A program made the position numbers and the translations under genes. The notes under the pieces are model-generated. The model was not told where the DNA came from and ran no database searches. It saw nothing but the letters and a program-made list of their open reading frames with translations. A DNA stretch of 64,000 bases from an uncultured Verrucomicrobiota bacterium (GTDB taxonomy: Bacteria > Verrucomicrobiota > Verrucomicrobiia > Limisphaerales > UBA1100): the NCBI GenBank assembly GCA_964616045.1, contig CAZTTU010000001.1, forward strand, positions 9,684 through 73,683, given 5' to 3'. Shown here one piece after another: positions 29,227-43,000 of this stretch. Numbering within the stretch: the first letter of the stretch is position 1; each line of letters opens with the position of its first letter.

Positions 29227-29666
29227 GACCGCTAAAGCAATTCTCCATATTTGCTGGCCTCGGCATGCTTATGGCATGCGGACAGGCGAGGGATAGTGCC
29301 GATGATAATTCATCAATCTCCCGCAATCCCCCTCCTCTCCCTCCGACACAAAATGAAAGCGCTGTTCTCCCAGAATCAAAATTGACTGATGTGGAGAAAC
29401 GCGATGAAAAAGGCAATGTAGTGGGGCAATTGGATAATGGCTTGTGGTACCGGCGCGGGGATATGAAGCCCTACACAGGTGTGATTTCTGGTCACTACAA
29501 GAACGGACAAATCGAGTCAAAGCGATGTTATGAAAATGGTGCGCAAGTTGGCACTGAGACCCATTGGTATGACACCGGCCAAAAACGCTGGGAGATGATT
29601 TACAAAAATGGGCAGATGGTTTCAATTAGACAGTGGGATGCCGACGGCAACGAACAGAGCCAATAA
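29223..29666 (+). CDS. Lipoprotein with MORN-variant / YwqK-type repeats
   Basis: Lipobox GMLMACG. Repeated Y.NG....E..W...G pattern (GHYKNGQIESKRCYENGAQVGTETHWYDTGQKRWEMIYKNGQMV). ATGA overlap with the upstream gene. Confidence 0.65.
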   Translation: MRPLKQFSIFAGLGMLMACGQARDSADDNSSISRNPPPLPPTQNESAVLPESKLTDVEKRDEKGNVVGQLDNGLWYRRGDMKPYTGVISGHYKNGQIESKRCYENGAQVGTETHWYDTGQKRWEMIYKNGQMVSIRQWDADGNEQSQ

Positions 29667-29668
29667 TA

Positions 29669-30808
29669 ATGAAAAACATAGCAGCACTTCTTACTCTACT
29701 TGCCTTTACATTGTCCGGGTGGACACAAAAGGACTTGTCCTTTCAAAATGAATTGCAACGCTCAATTGATCGAGGCATTGCGGCGCTGAAAAGCAGTCAG
29801 CATGTTGAGGGCTACTGGACCAGTCCGGATCACCCCGCAGTAACTGCAATTGCCTTGGTCGCCTACCACGGCAACCCGAATAAGCCCAAACAAACCCAGG
29901 AATGGGTTGAGAAAGCCTATGCATATCTGCTTAAACATGCGCAACCCAACGGCAGCATTTACACCCCCGGGAAAGGGCTCGCTAACTATAATACCTCACT
30001 TTGCATGATGGCGATGCTGGCTTCGGGTGATTCAAAATATAATCCTGCCATAATCAAGGCGCGTGGCTACCTAGTAAAACAGCAATGGGATCTTGGCAGC
30101 AAGGGCAAACAGGACCACCCCTTGGATGGGGGGGTTGGGTACGGCAACCGCTATCCTCATAGTGATTTAAACAACACACTGACAGCATTGGAGGCTATAT
30201 ACTACAGTCGACATTTGGTAAAGGATTCACCAGAATCAAAGAATGATTTAAACTGGAAAGCTGCCATTCAATTTATTCAGAACTGCCAAAATCTCCCCTC
30301 CCATAACAAGCAGCCTTGGGTAAGCGGCGACCCCAAAAACAAAGGCGGCTTCATATATTTCCCGGGGAAAAGCATGGCTGGAGAGGTCAAGAGCAGCGAT
30401 TCCGGGCGCACCGCCCTAAGAAGCTACGGAAGCATCAGTTATGCGGGCATGCTCAGTTATGCTTACGCGGAACTAACAAATACTGACCCTAGGGTTAAAT
30501 CGGTACGTGAATGGCTTGCTAAGAATTATACGCTTGAAGAAAATCCAGGAATGGGAGCACAGGGATTGTTCTATTACTATTACCTGATGACCAAGGCGTT
30601 GACGATATATGGCACGGACTTGCTGGAATTGCCTGGCGGAAGGAAAATTGACTGGCGAAAGCAAGTTGCGCTCAAACTCATTGGCGAGCAGGCGCAGGAT
30701 GGTTCATGGCTAAACAAGCAATCATCACGCTGGTGGGAAAACGAGAAACCGCTTGTAACTGCCTATAGTATTATTTCCCTCTGCTACATCCACCGCGGCC
30801 AGCGATGA
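29669..30808 (+). CDS. Prenyltransferase/squalene-oxidase (terpene-cyclase-like) repeat protein, secreted
   Basis: ATG 29669 gives the signal peptide MKNIAALLTLLAFTLSGW. QW-type repeats are present (QNCQNL.., QAQDGSW). Confidence 0.7.
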   Translation: MKNIAALLTLLAFTLSGWTQKDLSFQNELQRSIDRGIAALKSSQHVEGYWTSPDHPAVTAIALVAYHGNPNKPKQTQEWVEKAYAYLLKHAQPNGSIYTPGKGLANYNTSLCMMAMLASGDSKYNPAIIKARGYLVKQQWDLGSKGKQDHPLDGGVGYGNRYPHSDLNNTLTALEAIYYSRHLVKDSPESKNDLNWKAAIQFIQNCQNLPSHNKQPWVSGDPKNKGGFIYFPGKSMAGEVKSSDSGRTALRSYGSISYAGMLSYAYAELTNTDPRVKSVREWLAKNYTLEENPGMGAQGLFYYYYLMTKALTIYGTDLLELPGGRKIDWRKQVALKLIGEQAQDGSWLNKQSSRWWENEKPLVTAYSIISLCYIHRGQR

Positions 30809-31746
30809 ATAACGAGGCTGCAGTTCGCAAACGTTATGCGGCTGGCGCACAGGTTAAGGAGAAGGCTTTGTGTTGTCCGGTTAATTACAACACAAAATAC
30901 CTCAAAGCGATTCCGGAAGAAGTTATCGATCGGGATTATGGTTGTGGTGATCCCAGTCAATACCTGCACGAAGGTGAAATGGTATTAGATCTAGGGAGCG
31001 GGTCCGGAAAAATTTGCTTTATCGCATCCCAAGTAGTTGGGCCCAGTGGGTTTGTGGTCGGTGTTGACTCAACTGATGAGATGCTCGAACTGGCTCGGCG
31101 CAATGCGCCAATTGTCTCGAAAAATATAGGATACGCAAATGTCGAGTTTCGAAAGGGTCGCATTCAGGATTTAGCGTTGGATTTTGAGCAGCTTGATGCC
31201 GAATTGGCAAATGACAGCCCGCGGGGGCTGAAAGGCTTTTTGAAAGCCGAATCAATCGCTGATCGACTACGCCTTGATTCACCGATGATTACTTCCGGCA
31301 GCGTGGACGCGGTGGTGTCCAACTGCGTGATAAATCTTGTCGCACCAAGCGCGAAGCGACAACTATTTTCCGAATTATTCCGGGTGTTGAAGCCCGGCGG
31401 TCGCGCCGTGATCTCAGACATTGTCAGCAGTGATGATGTTCCGATGCGTTTACAGAATGACCCTCAGCTTTGGAGCGGTTGCGTTTCGGGTGCGTTGCGT
31501 GAAGATCGATTTTTGCAAGCATTTGACGCAGCAGGCTTCGGCCAGGTGCAAATTTTAAGACGTGAGGAAGCGGCATGGCAACATGTTGGCGGGATTGATT
31601 TTCGGTCTGTGACAATTAGGGCGCTAAAGCTACATCGGGAAACACACTCAAATATTAAGAACCCAAGGCTGATTGCCCATGTAAAAAAGAGCAACCTGCG
31701 CACGGCGGAGAGTAATTGTTGCTCACCGGAATCCTCCTGTTGCTAA
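30805..31746 (+). CDS. arsM: Arsenite S-adenosylmethyltransferase-like methyltransferase
   Basis: Layout matches known ArsM sequences as I recall them (e.g. R. palustris): N-terminal VRKRYAAGA..CC, YGCGDP, SAM motif VLDLGSGSG, SNCVINL, FRVLKPGGRAVISD, LWSGCVSGAL and a Cys-rich tail CCSPESSCC. Confidence 0.8.
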   Translation: MNNEAAVRKRYAAGAQVKEKALCCPVNYNTKYLKAIPEEVIDRDYGCGDPSQYLHEGEMVLDLGSGSGKICFIASQVVGPSGFVVGVDSTDEMLELARRNAPIVSKNIGYANVEFRKGRIQDLALDFEQLDAELANDSPRGLKGFLKAESIADRLRLDSPMITSGSVDAVVSNCVINLVAPSAKRQLFSELFRVLKPGGRAVISDIVSSDDVPMRLQNDPQLWSGCVSGALREDRFLQAFDAAGFGQVQILRREEAAWQHVGGIDFRSVTIRALKLHRETHSNIKNPRLIAHVKKSNLRTAESNCCSPESSCC

Positions 31747-31749
31747 CAT

Positions 31750-34380
31750 TTATGTGTCAGCTTCATTATCTTCGACTGCCTCTTCTTTTTCACTGGTGAT
31801 GACTGGGGCAATGTCTTGAAGGCGGTCATTCGCATCGAGATTTACCAATCGAACACCCTGGGTATTGCGCCCTGCCTGACGAATGCCGCCTACTGAGGTG
31901 CGCACCATCTGCCCGCCGACGGTGATAAGCATAATTTCATCACCGTCGCGAACCGTAAGACCTCCAACAACCTTGCCAGTCTTGGCGGTTATCTTCATTG
32001 TTTTAACCCCCTTGCCGCCGCGTGACTGAACACGGTAGTCCTCAAAAGCAGTCCGTTTACCAATGCCGTTTTCACCGGCAACAAGAAGGGTCCCGGCATC
32101 TCCCGCAATAGCCAGGGCGACCAAGTGATCTTCTTTCACAAGGCGAATTCCGCGAACGCCCGCTGCAGATCTCCCCATAGTGCGCACGCCGTCCTCGTGA
32201 AAGCGAATACTCATACCACCAGCAGTGACAAGCACCACATCGTCATGACCACTCGTGAACCGTGCCTCAATTAACGCGTCACCTGGCACCACTTTAATGG
32301 CAATAATGCCGCCGCGTCGCACATTTGAGAAATCGCTCAAGGCGGTTTTCTTCACTGTACCATTCCGGGTGGCGAAAAAGATACAATGGTCCTGCTGCCA
32401 AGTTGCGTCCTCCTTGTTTTCGCCATACACCGCCTTCACGCGAATAACATCAGAAATTTTTTCACCATGCTTGAGCTCCAACACATTAGCGATGCTTCGC
32501 CCCTTCGCAGCCCTGCCAAGGTCAGGGATTTCATGAACACGCTCGACATACACGCGCCCAGTGTTAGTAAAAAACATCAGGTAATCGTGGGTGCTGGCCG
32601 TAAATAGATGTTCAATAAAATCGCCCGCATCTTTTTCGGTTGTGCCCTTCCGAGTTTTCATGCCTATCACTCCCTTCCCGCCTCGACGCTGAGAACGGTA
32701 TGCGCTGATATTGGTGCGTTTAATGAGGCCATTATGAGTCAGCGTGATGATCACTGCCTCATTTGCGATGAGATCTTCAATTGACATTTCGCCTTCATCC
32801 GGCGCCAATTCTGTGCGACGTGGCGTAGCATGCTTATCCCTGATAGCTGCCAGTTCGACTTTGATAATGTCGAGCACACGCGCTTCTTTTGCGAGGATGT
32901 CCATCAAGTTCTTTATTTCCTTGATCAACTCGTTGTATTCTGCACGAACCTTGTCAATTTCAAGGCCAGTAAGCTGATAAAGCCGTAATTCAAGTATGGC
33001 ATTCGCCTGTTCTTCACTGAATTCATATCGGCCATTGACCAGCCGCGCCTTGTCGCGAATGAGAATGCCCAACTTTTCCACAGCCTTTCGCGTAAAATCG
33101 TGAGCCATTAACTTCACGCGCGCTTCATCCCGATTGGCAGATTCGCGTATGATCTTGATAAACTGATCTAAATTGGCAAGCGCAATGCGATAACCCTCAA
33201 GGATCTCAGCCCTGCGCTCAGCTTTATCTAGCTCGTACCGAGTGCGACGAATAATCACCTCACGCCGATGATCAATATAACAGTTGATCGCGTCTTTGAG
33301 AGATAGCAACTTGGGGCGGCCGTGATCAATGGCTAGTGCGTTGACGCTGAAAGTTGTGGCAAGTTGCGTGTGCTTATAGAGGTTATTAATTACCACTTTG
33401 GGCACGGCATCGCGCTTGAGTTCGATGACAACGCGCGTGTTTTCATCGGACTCATCCCGGACAGCCGTGATTTCAGAAAGGATCTTTTCGTTTGCCAGCT
33501 CAGCGATCCGGCTAACCAATGTGGCGCGATTTACAATGTAAGGAATTTCAGTAATGACAATTTGTTGCTTGCCCCCCCGCACTTCCTCTATGCCCAATTT
33601 GCCCCGGACTTTCACCGAGCCTCGTCCGGTTTCAAAGTATTCTTGGACGGGTGCCAACCCGCATACAGTGCAACCGGTGGGGAAATCAGGCCCTTTGACG
33701 TGCTTCATTAACTGCTTTAGCGTGATGTCGGGATTATCTATCTGGGCGGTGATGCCGTCGATGAGCTCGCCTAAATTGTGTGGGGGCATGTTGGTTGCCA
33801 TGCCTACAGCAATACCCGTACCACCGTTTACAAGCAGGTTCGGGAAGGCGGATGGAAACACAGTTGGCTCCATGAGGCGCTCATCGTAGTTGGGAACCCA
33901 GTCAACTGTTCCTTTTCCCATGTCATCCATGAGAGTGCCGCCAAGATTTGTAAGGCGAGCCTCTGTGTAACGCATGGCAGCTGGCGGATCGCCCTCCACG
34001 CTCCCGAAATTGCCTTGGCCATCAACCAACGTGTCACGCATGGACCACGGCTGCGCCATATTGACAAGTGTAGGGTAAATCGTTGCCTCACCATGCGGAT
34101 GATAGTTGCCGCTGGTGTCACCGCATATTTTTGCGCACTTGAAATGTTTTTTTGGCGGGTACAGCGAGAGCTCGTGCATTGCATAGAGAATACGGCGCTG
34201 TGAGGGCTTCAAGCCATCCCTCGCGTCCGGCAGAGCGCGCGAGATGATGACTGACATTGAATAGTCTAGAAATGAGTTCTTAATCTCATCTGCGACATTG
34301 ATCAGATCAATTTTTTCATTCGCCGCAAAAAGCGGCGTGGATTCTACTGGGAGTTCTTCTGAACTCTTATTCTTTGCCAT
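31750..34380 (-). CDS. gyrA: DNA gyrase subunit A
   Basis: DGLKPSQRRILY, AAMRYTEARL (active-site Tyr) and C-terminal beta-pinwheel repeats. Confidence 0.97.
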   Translation of the reverse strand: MAKNKSSEELPVESTPLFAANEKIDLINVADEIKNSFLDYSMSVIISRALPDARDGLKPSQRRILYAMHELSLYPPKKHFKCAKICGDTSGNYHPHGEATIYPTLVNMAQPWSMRDTLVDGQGNFGSVEGDPPAAMRYTEARLTNLGGTLMDDMGKGTVDWVPNYDERLMEPTVFPSAFPNLLVNGGTGIAVGMATNMPPHNLGELIDGITAQIDNPDITLKQLMKHVKGPDFPTGCTVCGLAPVQEYFETGRGSVKVRGKLGIEEVRGGKQQIVITEIPYIVNRATLVSRIAELANEKILSEITAVRDESDENTRVVIELKRDAVPKVVINNLYKHTQLATTFSVNALAIDHGRPKLLSLKDAINCYIDHRREVIIRRTRYELDKAERRAEILEGYRIALANLDQFIKIIRESANRDEARVKLMAHDFTRKAVEKLGILIRDKARLVNGRYEFSEEQANAILELRLYQLTGLEIDKVRAEYNELIKEIKNLMDILAKEARVLDIIKVELAAIRDKHATPRRTELAPDEGEMSIEDLIANEAVIITLTHNGLIKRTNISAYRSQRRGGKGVIGMKTRKGTTEKDAGDFIEHLFTASTHDYLMFFTNTGRVYVERVHEIPDLGRAAKGRSIANVLELKHGEKISDVIRVKAVYGENKEDATWQQDHCIFFATRNGTVKKTALSDFSNVRRGGIIAIKVVPGDALIEARFTSGHDDVVLVTAGGMSIRFHEDGVRTMGRSAAGVRGIRLVKEDHLVALAIAGDAGTLLVAGENGIGKRTAFEDYRVQSRGGKGVKTMKITAKTGKVVGGLTVRDGDEIMLITVGGQMVRTSVGGIRQAGRNTQGVRLVNLDANDRLQDIAPVITSEKEEAVEDNEADT

Positions 34381-34390
34381 GTTAGGAAAT

Positions 34391-36940
<2,550 letters not shown>

Positions 36941-37112
36941 CTACGGAAAAGACTGTCTCACCACAATTACTATTCAGGCGCATTTCGCAAAAACAACTCA
37001 ATATATGGCTATGCCTGTGAGGCGCACCACAACATAGGGGGGCTGTTAATAAGATTCCCGATGAGGACTCAAAGATGTCCCGGTTAGCGATCTAACCGAA
37101 AATTATCGCAGG

Positions 37113-37709
37113 CTATCGCTCTGGATTTTCAATAGATTCTGGCAATGCGCTTGGGTCCTCTGGGCTGGAAAAGTTGTGCGACCCCTGAATGCTATCAAAA
37201 TTGAATACACCGACCCCTGCCTCGGGGTTTTCCTTCTCATATAACCCCGCTGGCTCCGTTTGTCCTGAGGTTGGCCCGGAAATTTCAGCATCGTGAGGTC
37301 GGTGCGTTGAGGAGCTGCGGATGTTGTACCCGATGAGGTCTGGCCACCAAAACAAGCCCAAAAACACACAAATAATGCACAAGCTGCCCGTTGGAATAAG
37401 CCACCGCAGTAAGTTGCCCTCCCCTGCGGAGATCACTTTAGGCTGATTAATCACAGGTTTTACAAGATCCTCAGCGATAATTTGCCGCTCGACTTGCGCC
37501 CAATAAAATTCGCGTGATTCCTCAAGAGAAACCTGTTTTTCTCCAAATTTAAGCATTTTTGTTATGTGCTGAATCTCCCGGGCAACAGCCTTGGCATCTG
37601 CATCCGTTTCAACCAGTTCGGCAATTTGACCCGATTTTTCAGGGGAAATCTCCCCGTCCATCCATGCTTGAATGCTTAGTGTATCTTCGTGCTTCATCCC
37701 GTCTCGCAT
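37113..37709 (-). CDS. Anti-sigma factor (single TM, no zinc motif)
   Basis: Follows the ECF sigma gene after 10 nt. It has an N-terminal ..IQAWMDGEISPE.. anti-sigma-like helix and the TM segment WLIPTGSLCIICVFLGLFWW. No HxxxCxxC motif. Confidence 0.65.
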   Translation of the reverse strand: MRDGMKHEDTLSIQAWMDGEISPEKSGQIAELVETDADAKAVAREIQHITKMLKFGEKQVSLEESREFYWAQVERQIIAEDLVKPVINQPKVISAGEGNLLRWLIPTGSLCIICVFLGLFWWPDLIGYNIRSSSTHRPHDAEISGPTSGQTEPAGLYEKENPEAGVGVFNFDSIQGSHNFSSPEDPSALPESIENPER

Positions 37710-37719
37710 TCGATTCGAC

Positions 37720-38319
37720 TTATCTTTGACGCTCTTTCTTCAAAGAAATTAATAAATTTGCCAACCGCCTACGAGCATAAAACAGGCGGCTCATAACCGT
37801 ACCGATAGAGCAATGCATTGCCTTGGCTATCTCCTTGTATTCAAGCTCTTCGAACTCATGCAAGACAAGCACTGTGCGATGTTCGTGGCTGAGTTTCTGC
37901 ATCGCTTTATCAATTTCATCTCGGAGCTCTTCACGTTCCATGGTTTCCGTAGGATTGAACGTCTCCACAGGCGTGTGCCGTTCCACCCCCCCGCTTTCCT
38001 CCTCCATTTGTTCCAATGAATCCGTTTGGCGTCGCTGCTTTTTCCGGAGATAATCCAGGCACAAATTGATGCAAATTCGGGTCATCCAGGTAGTGAAACT
38101 TGCATTATGCTTGAATTGTTTCACCCGCTGCCAACCCTTCACCCAAGCCACCTGTGAAAGGTCAAGGGCTTCATCCTCATTCCGCATCATGCTGAACGCG
38201 CGGCCATAAATCTTATCCCGATGTCGATATACCAATTCCTCATAGGACTCCATGTCGCCTCTTTGCGCCGCTCGTACCAGCTCATCGTCATCAGCGTTAG
38301 ATATATCAAGCTTGGCCAT
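37720..38319 (-). CDS. RNA polymerase ECF-type sigma-70 factor
   Basis: Region 2 (YGRAFSMMRNEDEALDLSQVAWVKGW) and region 4 (EYKEIAKAMHCSIGTVMSRLFYARRRL). Confidence 0.9.
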   Translation of the reverse strand: MAKLDISNADDDELVRAAQRGDMESYEELVYRHRDKIYGRAFSMMRNEDEALDLSQVAWVKGWQRVKQFKHNASFTTWMTRICINLCLDYLRKKQRRQTDSLEQMEEESGGVERHTPVETFNPTETMEREELRDEIDKAMQKLSHEHRTVLVLHEFEELEYKEIAKAMHCSIGTVMSRLFYARRRLANLLISLKKERQR

Positions 38320-38330
38320 CTATATCCGGG

Positions 38331-38996
38331 TCATTCTCTCAGTCGCCCCTTGGTGCTTGGAATCTCGCGACCGATGCGCAGATCTTTTTGGCAGGCGAAA
38401 TCCACTGCTTTCGCCGAAGCCTTAAAAAGAGCCTCCACAACGTGATGTGGTTCCTGCCCGTAAAGTAGTTCGATATGCATATTGCAGCGTGCTTCGTTGG
38501 CGAACCCCTGAAAAAATTCACGAGAAAGCCCAAAGCGAAAGCGACAGGCATCATCCTGTGTCTTTTCGCTTTCCAACACCTTGTAGTCAAGTTTATCCAA
38601 CCCAGCCCAAACCAGACAAGGTCGGCCGCTGAAATCCACCACACAACGCGCCAATGTTTCATCCATTGGCACATGCGCCTCGCCCCAAAGTGGGTTGCGC
38701 GGATCAAAACCGGTGCCATAGCGACGAACGCCACGCTTTTCGCCAAGCGCCTGCCCGTAGGCCTGCCCAAGGGCAATGCCACAATCCTCAACCGCATGGT
38801 GCGCATCGACCTTCAAATCACCAACACACTCTAAATCAAGATCGCAGACGGCATGTCTCGAAAAGAGCGATAGCATGTGGTCAAAAAAAGGTATGCCCGT
38901 GTCAATCGACGATTTGCCCTTGCCATCGATTTTCAGTTTTAAGGAAATTCGGGTTTCTGCAGTGGCGCGGTTAATTTGTGCCGTACGCTCCTTCAT
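38331..38996 (-). CDS. hisB: Imidazoleglycerol-phosphate dehydratase
   Basis: DTGIPFFDHML and VDAHHAVEDCGIALG motifs. Confidence 0.93.
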   Translation of the reverse strand: MKERTAQINRATAETRISLKLKIDGKGKSSIDTGIPFFDHMLSLFSRHAVCDLDLECVGDLKVDAHHAVEDCGIALGQAYGQALGEKRGVRRYGTGFDPRNPLWGEAHVPMDETLARCVVDFSGRPCLVWAGLDKLDYKVLESEKTQDDACRFRFGLSREFFQGFANEARCNMHIELLYGQEPHHVVEALFKASAKAVDFACQKDLRIGREIPSTKGRLRE

Positions 38997-39035
38997 TGTG
39001 TGTAATTATATGCAGTTAGCTGGAAAATCGATTCC

Positions 39036-39980
39036 TTATTCATTTTCGCAAGCCAAAAAACGTTCGGCTTCAATCGCTGCTGCACATCCCATCCCGGCTG
39101 CAGTTATAGCTTGGCGGTACATTTTATCGGAGCAATCTCCAGCAACAAAAACACCTTGCACACTGGTTTGCGCACCCTTAATTCGTGTGATGTAGCCCGA
39201 ATGGTCCATCTCAATTTTGCCTTGGAAAATCTGCGTATTAGGGACGTGGCCGACGGCAATAAAGACGCCGGCACATTCAACCTTTTGCTCTTGGCCAGTT
39301 CGGTTGTTTCTCAGGCGAACACCGGTCACTCCACCCTGTTCAACGCCGAGGATTTCGGATATTTCCGAATCCCATATCGGCTCAATCATTTCATTAGACA
39401 GCACACGATCGGCCATAATCTTAGAAGCCCTCAATTCATTTCGGCGATGCACAAGGTAAACCCGACTAGCAAACCGCGTGAGAAATGCCGCCTCTTCACA
39501 GGCAGAATCTCCGCCGCCCACGACAATGAGCGGTTGATCGCGAAAGATCGGCAACGCTCCATCGCAGGTAGCACAATATGTAACTCCTTTTTTGTCCAGT
39601 TGCTTTTCACTTTCCAAACCAAGGTGCCTATGGCCTGCTCCGCTGGCTATGATGATCGTTTGTGTCGACATTTCATCGCCATCAACCGTGAGGGTGAACG
39701 GCCTAGCGTCGAGATTCACTTTTTCCACTGTGGCGCCAAAATTAACTTTTGCGCCAAAATGTTCGGCCTGTTGTTGCATCCTGATCATTAAATCAGTCCC
39801 ATCAACACCTTCCGGAAAACCTGGAAAATTCTCAACGGTGCTTGTGGTGGTGAGCAATCCTCCGGGCATCGCACCGGTAAGTACGACTGGAGCTAGCTGC
39901 GCGCGCGCAGTGTACAGAGCTGCAGTCAGGCCCGCACACCCGGAGCCAATGATTATGACTTTTTGGATCTCACTTGCCAT
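39036..39980 (-). CDS. trxB: Thioredoxin-disulfide reductase
   Basis: IIGSGCAGLTAA FAD site, redox CATCDG and the NADPH site VVGGGDSACEEA. Confidence 0.95.
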   Translation of the reverse strand: MASEIQKVIIIGSGCAGLTAALYTARAQLAPVVLTGAMPGGLLTTTSTVENFPGFPEGVDGTDLMIRMQQQAEHFGAKVNFGATVEKVNLDARPFTLTVDGDEMSTQTIIIASGAGHRHLGLESEKQLDKKGVTYCATCDGALPIFRDQPLIVVGGGDSACEEAAFLTRFASRVYLVHRRNELRASKIMADRVLSNEMIEPIWDSEISEILGVEQGGVTGVRLRNNRTGQEQKVECAGVFIAVGHVPNTQIFQGKIEMDHSGYITRIKGAQTSVQGVFVAGDCSDKMYRQAITAAGMGCAAAIEAERFLACENE

Positions 39981-40042
39981 GGGGCGCTCACGCTACGCAC
40001 GGGCCATCACGAAGGCAAGAAGAAGGTTAAAGGGGGCGGATA

Positions 40043-43000
40043 TCACTTGGCCAAAAAAACTTCCTCGTTTTTTGGCGCCTGTGCCACATTGTTATCACCC
40101 GTTGAAGCATCAAGTTTATGGCTCGAGTCCCCCCTGTTGTGATCTGAGTGAAATTTCACGCTTACAATACGGCTGACACCTCGCTCCTGCATAGTTACTC
40201 CATAAAGCACACCAGCTGCGGCTATGGTGCGCTTGCTGTGGGTAATCACGATGAACTGGGAATGCGACAAAAACTCCTTTAGTTTATGCACGTAACGATC
40301 AATGTTGGCATCATCAAGCGGCGCATCGAGCTCGTCCAGCACACAGAACGGACTAGGTTTTACTTGATATAGCGAGAACAATAGTGCCACGGCCGTCATG
40401 GTTTGTTCTCCACCGGAAAGCAGGCTAATGCTGCGAAGTTGTTTGCCGGGGGGGGAAGCAACAATTTCCACTCCAGCTTCAAGCACATCCTCATCATCGG
40501 TAAGGATGAGATTCGCCCTCCCTCCGCCAAATAAATCCGGGAACATTTTCTGAAAGTTTGCACGGACCTTTTCAAATGTTTCAGCAAACATCTCACGTGA
40601 TTGCTTGTCGATACGAGCAATGACTTGCTCGAGCTCCGTTTTCGCATTAACTAGGTCATCGTGTTGTTCGTTAAGAAATGTGAACCGTTCTTCGATTTCC
40701 TTGTATTCCTCAATGGCCACAAGGTTCACCGGGCCCATCCCCTCAATCCTCCCCTGTAAATCATTCACGTGAACGCGAATTTTCTCCCAATCAACAGGTT
40801 CTTCGCCGCCTCTTGCTTCTTCTGAGGCAATAGTCTTCTTGGTTGTTTGCCCATTGTCGGTAATATTAATCGTTATGATTTCACCCTGAAATTCCCGAAG
40901 ATTTATGTCGTGTTTCTCGCGTATGCGCTCAACTAGCTGTTCTTGCATCATTTGTTTTTGCGTGATTTCCACCTCAACCTGTCCCTTGCGTTCTTGCATT
41001 TCGACATGTGAGGCACGCCTCTCGCTAAGCTCCATCTCTCGCCGCTCGACTTCAGCGGCCTGCCGATTACGCCCCTCTGCAAGCTCGCCAATTTTTGTGC
41101 TTGTTGATTCACGTTCGATTCGCAGCCGATTAATTTCCTGCCGTGAATCTACATTTTGCGCCTCGAGTTGAACTTTTCTCTCGGCATTCTCGCTCAGTGA
41201 TTTTTGCGAGCGCTCAAGTGCGTGTCGCAATTCCTCCAAGCGCTCTTCCATGACATTTTTTTGACTAAGTAATGAGACCTCACGGTCCTCTGCCTTAGAG
41301 CAGGCTACTCGGGCTTCAGTCAATTCCCCTACGGCGCGTTCACGAAATTCACGATGTTCACAAATGAAGGCATCGTGCGCAGCGTTATCCTCTTTCAGCT
41401 TGCAAACCTCCCTCTCCAGCTTGCGAATCTGCGTGGATAAATCAACCGCCTTCCCCCTTATATCACCGTCTTGCTCGGCAAGCTGCCCCACCTCAAAAAC
41501 TGCGGCGTCTATTTTTTGATTCAGAATCAGCTTGGAATTTTGTAGTGCATTAAGTTCACCTTTTTGGGTAGCAATAGCAACCTTATGATCACTCAATTCG
41601 TCCCGAGCATTTTGTAAACTAGCCTGCAATTCAGTCTGCTCAGCCATAAGTTGCCCCTTAAGTCGACTCGCCTCATCAATGAGGTGCCCGAGGTTTGTAA
41701 GTTGAGACTCCAAGTCATCCACCTGATTTCGCCGCGCCAAGACAGAGCCATGCGCGGCAACACTACTATTGCTACTAGCGCTGGTATATACACCTTGCCG
41801 ACTGAGAGACACCCCACCCAGAGTGACAAAATTAAACCGGCCTGGATTCGAGCGCCAAAGTTCCGTGGCTGTCTCAAGCGTGTCGACAATCACTGTCCGA
41901 CCCAGTAAAGCCTGCAGAAGCGATTGATTACTCTCATCTGTTTCCACCACATGCAAAGCAGCTTTGCCTTTGCCTGGGAGATCACTGGGCGGTATTTCGC
42001 CTCCTCGCTCGACCAGCATCTCCAACGCCACAATGCTTGCGCCCCCTTGCTTGAGCCGCGCAAGGCGAGCAAGCATTTCGTTCGCTTCATCTGGTTTTTG
42101 AGTAAGGATTAGCTGAAGATTGGAGCCCAGCGCTGCACCAATTGCTGGGACATATTCATCGGGTACTCGAATCAAGTCGGATAATGTGCCGATTACTGAA
42201 TCAAATTCCTCGAGGAGAGTTTGAGCTCCTGCGCCAAATCCCTCCTTGGATTCAATTAACTGCTGCAAAACCTCCTTGCGCGATTTTGCCTCAGCTTGCC
42301 GTCGCAGCAATTCATCAAGCCCATCTTCCGCCTCAATCAATTGCCGATTAAGATCAGCAAGGCGTTCCTGCCGCTCCTTGACGGTTCCATGATGTGTTTG
42401 AGCGTGAAGGGAATCATTCTCCGCTCTTTCTTGGAATTCAGTCAAGCTCGCATCAAGCTTGATGCGCTCTTCCTCAAGTTGAACCTTCTCGGCCGAGAGC
42501 TTTTCCAGTCGCGCAACGTTGGCTTGCTTTTGCATTTCCAGCGCATTCAGCTCGTTCCGCGCGAGCATAAGTTGATTGTTAAGCTCATCGGCATCAGATT
42601 GCGCCCCATGGCGAACAGATTGCCGTTCGCAAATCTTAGCATCAAGACCTTCAACGAGCATACTTTTATCATCAACATTTTGTCGCGAACGATCTAATGC
42701 GTGCACGGAATTTGCCCGCTGCTGATTAATACGCTCCAGTTCTGCATCAACTTCTTTCTGGCGCTCCCGTCCCCCAGTGATATCGACCTCAGTGTCAGCG
42801 TGTTGTTCCTTAAGCTCCACCATGCGCTGCATGTTGAATTGCATCCTGTTTTCATGCCGCTCCTCTTGGGATTTCAAATCCATATTCTGCTGCTGAACGG
42901 CATTCACTTGTTTATCCAATGAGCTCAACTCATTTCGAATAGTTTTAAGAGCACCTTCTCCCTCAATAATCAAGGATGAGTGCCCCTCTAAATCCACGCG

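Noticed and set aside
39111-39791. 226-aa plus-strand ORF
   Set aside because: It is antisense to trxB (CATCDG, FAD/NADPH sites). Shadow ORF.
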